Below, piece by piece: positions 25,722-29,992 of a stretch of 29,992 nucleotides of DNA. Source of the DNA: Candidatus Velthaea sp. Its GTDB lineage: Bacteria > Vulcanimicrobiota > Vulcanimicrobiia > Vulcanimicrobiales > Vulcanimicrobiaceae. Numbering within the stretch: the first letter of the stretch is position 1; each line of letters opens with the position of its first letter. The stretch spans positions 1-29,992 of the forward strand of contig JBEKHC010000064.1 of NCBI GenBank assembly GCA_050012475.1, in the 5' to 3' direction. Position numbers and translations under genes: made by a program. A model generated the notes under the pieces. The model was not told where the DNA came from. It ran no database searches and was given only the letters and a program-made list of their open reading frames with translations.

Positions 25722-26441
25722 ATGCTGATCGTGCTCGCGCCGCTCGTCGCTGTCCTCGCCGCATCGGATCCGATGCCGGCTCCCAGTGCGCCGCCTCCTT
25801 CGCCGCTCAAAGAGATCGGACACGTCCAGTCGCTGTCGGTGTGCTCGTCGATCGTCGTCCACGCCAACAGCGCCATCGCCGTTGCGCTGGATAACGATCG
25901 TGCGCTGGCGTTGACGATCAATCGGTTGCGGACGACCGACCTCGACGTCGACAACGCCATTACCCGGCGCAACGGAATGACCGACCTCGAGACGCTGGCA
26001 AGCCAAATTCGGACCAGTGCGGCGGCGGGGAGCGCCGAGATCAAGCGGCTGCGGACGATGGCCGGGCAGACCGCCGACCAAAACCGCAAAACCGAACTGC
26101 GGGCCTTCACCGACGCGCTCAGCGGTGCGATCGCGCGCCAGCGCAAAGCCGGCACCGATCTCGCGCGGATGCTGGCCATCATCGATGGGCGGCGAGCGGT
26201 CGAGGAAATCGACACGCCGGATTGGGTCGCTGCGCGGGCCGCGGTCGCCGAACCGGAGCGGGGCGAAACCCTCGACCGCGAAGCCGCCGTGATACGCAAC
26301 CCCGCCGCGCCGACGACGCCGTCGCTGGCCAATCCGATCTTGCGCGACGCCGCGGACGACTTTGCCCAGCGCGCGCAGACGATTTTCGCCGACGAAGGCG
26401 TTGCCGCCGATCACTCGCTCGGCGCCACCACGGGATGCTAG
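25722..26441 (+). CDS. Secreted helical hypothetical protein
   Basis: AGAGGA SD, signal-like N-terminus, P-rich linker and PLKEIGHV. It has two Cys, one of which is the last residue. Confidence 0.75.
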   Translation: MLIVLAPLVAVLAASDPMPAPSAPPPSPLKEIGHVQSLSVCSSIVVHANSAIAVALDNDRALALTINRLRTTDLDVDNAITRRNGMTDLETLASQIRTSAAAGSAEIKRLRTMAGQTADQNRKTELRAFTDALSGAIARQRKAGTDLARMLAIIDGRRAVEEIDTPDWVAARAAVAEPERGETLDREAAVIRNPAAPTTPSLANPILRDAADDFAQRAQTIFADEGVAADHSLGATTGC

Positions 26442-26475
26442 CATCCCAGGACGGTGCAGCGCTCAACCGATGTCG

Positions 26476-26505
26476 TTGCCGGAGCAGGGGGCGCGCGGGT
26501 AGCCT
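26476..26505 (+). promoter_or_regulatory. Candidate sigma70-type promoter upstream of the cyoE leader
   Basis: TTGCCG (26476-26481), 18-nt spacer, TAGCCT (26500-26505). An ATG lies 7 nt downstream. Confidence 0.4.
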
Positions 26506-26512
26506 GTAGCTA

Positions 26513-26740
26513 ATGTCCCGTGCGTCAGCCGAAGCGGCAAGCGGGATAACCTACAACACGGCGGGTACCTCCGCTGGTCCGAACGTGACGAATCCGGCGC
26601 GCCGCGCCCGTTCGTCGCCGGCCGAACGCATTCACCGGGCGACCTTCGCCGGATTTGGTTGTATCTCGTTGCAGACCGCTCTCCCGATCTTCCACGCACG
26701 TCGCGTTCGCTCGCTGCCGCTTGACTCCGGAACGGACCAA
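26513..26740. ncRNA. Candidate structured RNA / 5' leader of unknown family
   Basis: Nested complementary segments: 26532-39/26715-22, 26552-57/26658-63, 26591-99/26647-55, 26605-10/26636-41 and 26609-14/26623-28. Confidence 0.4.
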
Positions 26741-26742
26741 TC

Positions 26743-27669
26743 GTGAGTTCGACCATTTCGCGCGTCGACGGCGTTGCCGCCCCGGTCTCGCTAACCGGTT
26801 GGCGGGGCGTCGTCAACGACTATTTCGAACTGACGAAACCGCGCATCATCTATCTGCTGCTGATTACCACCTTCGCCGCGATGATGATGGCGGAACGCGG
26901 CCTGCCGCCGTTTTGGCTGACGGTCTTCACCCTGGGCGGCGGAGCGTTGGCATCGGCGTCGGCCGGCGCGTTCAACTGCGTTTGGGATCGCGACATCGAC
27001 CGCCTGATGCGGCGCACGAAGACGCGGCCGCTGGCCGCGCGCCGCGTGAGCGTACCGCAAGCGCTGGTTTTTGCGGTCGTTACCGGTTGTCTCTCGTTCG
27101 CCGTTCTGCTGGCGTTCGTCAACCCGCTCGCCGCTTGGCTGGCGGTCGGCGGCAATGCATTTTACGTGTTCGTCTACACGATGTGGCTCAAGCGGCGCAC
27201 ACCGCTCAACATCGTCATCGGCGGAGCCGCGGGCGCCGTTCCGCCGCTGGTCGGTTGGGCAGCGGTCACCGGATCGCTGGCTTGGCCGGCGGTTGCACTC
27301 TTCGGGTTGGTGTTTTTATGGACGCCGCCCCATTTTTGGGCGTTGTCGTTGATGACCAACATCGACTACGACAAAGCGAACATCCCGATGCTGCCGAACG
27401 TCGCGGGCGTTGCGCGCACCAAACAAGAGATCTTCGCGTATTCAGCCGTGATGGTCCTCATGTCGCTGGCGCTGTTCCCGCTGCACGTCCTGGGTCCGTG
27501 TTATTTCGGCGCTGCGGGCGTCTTGGGCTTGGTCTTCGTTTTCCATGCCTGGCGGATCTTGGGCGATTCGAGCAAACGCTGGCCGCGCGCGTTATTTCAA
27601 TACTCCTTGCTGTATCTTGCACTGATGTGCGTTGCGATGGTTGCCGACCGCATCATCACGATTACTTAA
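26743..27669 (+). CDS. cyoE: Protoheme IX farnesyltransferase (heme O synthase)
   Basis: YFELTKPRII, NCVWDRDIDRLMRRTKTRPL, YTMWLKRRT, GGAAGAVPPLVGW and WTPPHFWAL motifs. Confidence 0.97.
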   Translation: MSSTISRVDGVAAPVSLTGWRGVVNDYFELTKPRIIYLLLITTFAAMMMAERGLPPFWLTVFTLGGGALASASAGAFNCVWDRDIDRLMRRTKTRPLAARRVSVPQALVFAVVTGCLSFAVLLAFVNPLAAWLAVGGNAFYVFVYTMWLKRRTPLNIVIGGAAGAVPPLVGWAAVTGSLAWPAVALFGLVFLWTPPHFWALSLMTNIDYDKANIPMLPNVAGVARTKQEIFAYSAVMVLMSLALFPLHVLGPCYFGAAGVLGLVFVFHAWRILGDSSKRWPRALFQYSLLYLALMCVAMVADRIITIT

Positions 27670-27687
27670 ACGACGTCGAAAACGGAC

Positions 27688-29091
27688 ATGGCCGTAACTG
27701 ATTCACCGAGCCGGCCCCCCGGCTCGCCCGCACAAACGACCGTCGCCGGTCATCACCTGGACCGCTCCACCGTCCCATTGCTCGTGACGCTGGGCTTGGG
27801 CGTCTTTGCCGGTGCGCTCGATCTGGGTGTGCTCAGTCCGGCGCTGCCCGCACTCGCGCGCGCGTTCGGGGTCGGGCCCGGCGCGCTGGCTTGGGTGTTT
27901 ACTTTGTATCTGCTGGCGAACATCGCCAGCATTCCGATCATGACCAAGCTGGCCGACCGCAACGGCCGCCGGCCGGTCTACATTGCTTGCGTCGCGATCT
28001 TCGCGATCGGTTCCGTCTTTGCGATCAGCGCGCGCAACTTCACGATCTTTCTCATCGCGCGTGCGATACAAGCTGCGGGCGCGGGCGGAATTTTCCCGGT
28101 CGCAACCGCTGCGATCGCCGATCGGGTGCCGATCGAACGGCGCGGAGCGGCACTTGGACTGGTTGCTGCAACATGGGGGCTGGCAGCGATCATCGGGCCG
28201 AGCCTGGGCGGTGTCCTCACCCACCTCTTGTCGTGGCACTGGATCTTTGCCGCCAATATTCCGCTCGCAATCGTGGTGATCTTCATGGCCCGCACCACGC
28301 TGCCCACGAAAGTCTCGAATGTGCGCGGACCGCTGGATGTCGGCGGAATCGTCACGCTCACCCTCGGCTTGCTGGCGGTCATGATCGGACTGACGCAACT
28401 GGGCGGACTGCTCGTACCGATGCTCGTCGCGGGTACGGCCCTGTTCGCGGCGTTCGTGTTCATCGAGAGCCGGGCGGCGGAACCGGTTATCCGGCTGCAC
28501 CTCTTCGCACAGCGTCAGCTGCAGGTCACGTACGGTCTCGAGATTCTCATCGGCATCCTCGAGGGCGCGCTGTTCTTCATCCCTGCCGCGCTCGTCGCCG
28601 CGGAGCACCTGACGTATGCCGCCGCGGGCGGGATTGCGGCGCTGGGTGCATTTATGTTCGTCGCGGTGATTCCGGGCGCCGGCCGCGCGCTCGATGCGAT
28701 CGGCAGCCGCTGGGTTCTGACGGCGGGAACACTGCTGACGGCCTGCGGCCTGCTTATTTTCGCTCTCGGCTTGCAAACGCTCTGGATCGCGATCGCCGCG
28801 ATGGTCGTGGCCGGAACGGGTTTCGGCGCACTGCTCGGCGCGCCGACCCGCTACATCATCACCAATAGCGTGAGCGCCGACCAACGCGCGAGCGCGGTCG
28901 GCCTGCTCTCGATCTTTCTCATCATCGGACAGATCTTGGGCGGTTCGCTGGCGGGCGGAATCATCGCGGCGCAGGCGGTCGACGTGGACGGTTATCGCGC
29001 AGCGTATTCTGCTTTCACGGCGATCGCCGTGGTGGCCGCGATTCTCACCCTCGCACTCAAATCGAAGGCTGCCGAGGCCCGTTCGCGGTAG
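27688..29091 (+). CDS. MFS transporter (DHA2/EmrB-QacA-like)
   Basis: Motif A (KLADRNGRR), ARAIQAAGAGG, GPSLGG and WHWIF.NIP, with about 14 hydrophobic segments. Confidence 0.92.
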   Translation: MAVTDSPSRPPGSPAQTTVAGHHLDRSTVPLLVTLGLGVFAGALDLGVLSPALPALARAFGVGPGALAWVFTLYLLANIASIPIMTKLADRNGRRPVYIACVAIFAIGSVFAISARNFTIFLIARAIQAAGAGGIFPVATAAIADRVPIERRGAALGLVAATWGLAAIIGPSLGGVLTHLLSWHWIFAANIPLAIVVIFMARTTLPTKVSNVRGPLDVGGIVTLTLGLLAVMIGLTQLGGLLVPMLVAGTALFAAFVFIESRAAEPVIRLHLFAQRQLQVTYGLEILIGILEGALFFIPAALVAAEHLTYAAAGGIAALGAFMFVAVIPGAGRALDAIGSRWVLTAGTLLTACGLLIFALGLQTLWIAIAAMVVAGTGFGALLGAPTRYIITNSVSADQRASAVGLLSIFLIIGQILGGSLAGGIIAAQAVDVDGYRAAYSAFTAIAVVAAILTLALKSKAAEARSR

Positions 29092-29171
29092 CGCAAAACC
29101 GAAGGGATTCCCTGCCCCTATGAGCCATTGGTCTGTCCTATAACCGAGCGGCCCTGTGCTAAAACTAAAGA

Positions 29172-29992
29172 GTGAAGCTTCCTGACGTCCTGTTGCTGTT
29201 CGTTGCGTATACCCTCGTCGTCGCCGGCGCGGTGGGTGTGTATATCTATTTTTCGTCCCGTCGTCCGAAACCCAAACAAGGCGGCTTGGCCGTCCCGAAC
29301 GTCTCCGGGATGAAAGTTAAACGAACGGAAGGCAACATCGTCGCTTGGCCGTCTTCGGAACCGGCGGTGCCGCAGCCAATGGCGGAAGTTGAAAGCACCG
29401 GCGAACCGGTCAACGTTTCGCCGTCGAGCGAAACGCGGCAACCGGTCATTTCCGGCCGCCGCGCCGAGACGCTCGAAGGCACCGCCCAGCTCGCCGTCAC
29501 GGGCGACCCCGGCCGCGCAGGCGTCGTGCCCAGCTCCGCACCGCTGGCCGTCCGGCTCACCGAAGTGTTCGCTCCGCTGGCTCCGCTCTTGCCCGAAGGC
29601 TTGCGCACCCTCGAAGTGCTGCCCGGCCGGATCGTTCAGCCCGGGACCACGGTGCGCGCCGCGTTCAGCTTCCGCAATCTGGGCGGCGGCATCGCAACGG
29701 GCTTCCGCGTCCGCTTTCGCTTGCCCGAAGGTCTCACGTACATTGCCGGCACGGCCCGCATCGACGATACGCCGCTCGACGACCGGCACGATCTGACCCC
29801 GCTGCTCGACGCTTCGGGCGCCGATATCGGCGAGGTCCCCGCCGGCACCGAACGCCGCGTCTCGTTAGCCTTCACCGTCGCGACGACGATCGAAAACGGC
29901 ACGCCGCTCACACTGCAGGCCGCGGTCGCCTCGCCCCAAGTTCCGGTCATCGGCTCGAACGTCGTACGGCTCGTCGTGCGCAGTCTGCCGGT
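29172..29992 (+). CDS. Membrane-anchored DUF11 (conserved repeat, Ig-like) domain protein, 5' part
   Basis: Open from GTG 29172 to the window end: N-terminal TM (MKLPDVLLLFVAYTLVVAGAVGVYIYF), then VQPGTTV...FRNLGGGIATGFRVRFRLPEGLTYIAGTARID. Missing from the ORF track because it has no stop in the window. Confidence 0.78.
   Translation, partial: MKLPDVLLLFVAYTLVVAGAVGVYIYFSSRRPKPKQGGLAVPNVSGMKVKRTEGNIVAWPSSEPAVPQPMAEVESTGEPVNVSPSSETRQPVISGRRAETLEGTAQLAVTGDPGRAGVVPSSAPLAVRLTEVFAPLAPLLPEGLRTLEVLPGRIVQPGTTVRAAFSFRNLGGGIATGFRVRFRLPEGLTYIAGTARIDDTPLDDRHDLTPLLDASGADIGEVPAGTERRVSLAFTVATTIENGTPLTLQAAVASPQVPVIGSNVVRLVVRSLP

Noticed and set aside
26580..26660. Cobalamin riboswitch resemblance (GTGACGAATCCGGCG)
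   Set aside because: It lacks the GGGAA, ACTGT and AGYCAG..GAC elements of the consensus.
10322..27688. CGAA 7-11 nt upstream of several ATGs (10322, 10441, 22574, 25620, 27688) as a promoter motif
   Set aside because: CGAA and TCGA are very frequent in this sequence, so I cannot separate this from background without a genome-wide test.
29118..29950. Short ORFs listed near the right end
   Set aside because: Explained as shadows of the open plus-strand DUF11-like frame starting at 29172.

Overview
GC-rich, densely coding bacterial chromosomal segment with about 30 genes, two of them cut by the window edges. The gene content and style (orphan family-5 peptide-binding protein, secreted protein with a P-rich linker then LKEIGHV) suggest Vulcanimicrobiota/Eremiobacterota, but that is an inference. 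Recognisable genes include an osmoprotectant-type ABC permease (3' end), gamma-glutamylcyclotransferase, egtD, a lytic transglycosylase, a fatty-acid-hydroxylase plus GT28 glycolipid synthase pair, an aldo/keto reductase, an M20 amidohydrolase, a ROK kinase, a YkgJ Cys-cluster protein, a phytoene-dehydrogenase-like oxidoreductase, CHRD-like and AhpD-like proteins, prfC, cyoE and an MFS transporter. There is also a compositionally distinct block of acyltransferase-SGNH, LysE and GT87-like genes, and a long minus-strand run including a divergent alanine-racemase-family gene coupled to a GH130 gene. I found no rRNA, intact tRNA, CRISPR array or transposase. Best leads: (1) a ~225-nt structured leader with a coupled uORF before cyoE; (2) an AT3-SGNH fusion whose SGNH catalytic residues all appear substituted; (3) a QAC-type permease, GGCT and egtD neighbourhood that may be an ergothioneine/hercynine module; (4) a lipoprotein, divergent racemase and GH130 operon preceded by a 21-bp tandem repeat; (5) apparent near-cognate start codons. 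All family calls come from motif recognition by eye, not database searches.
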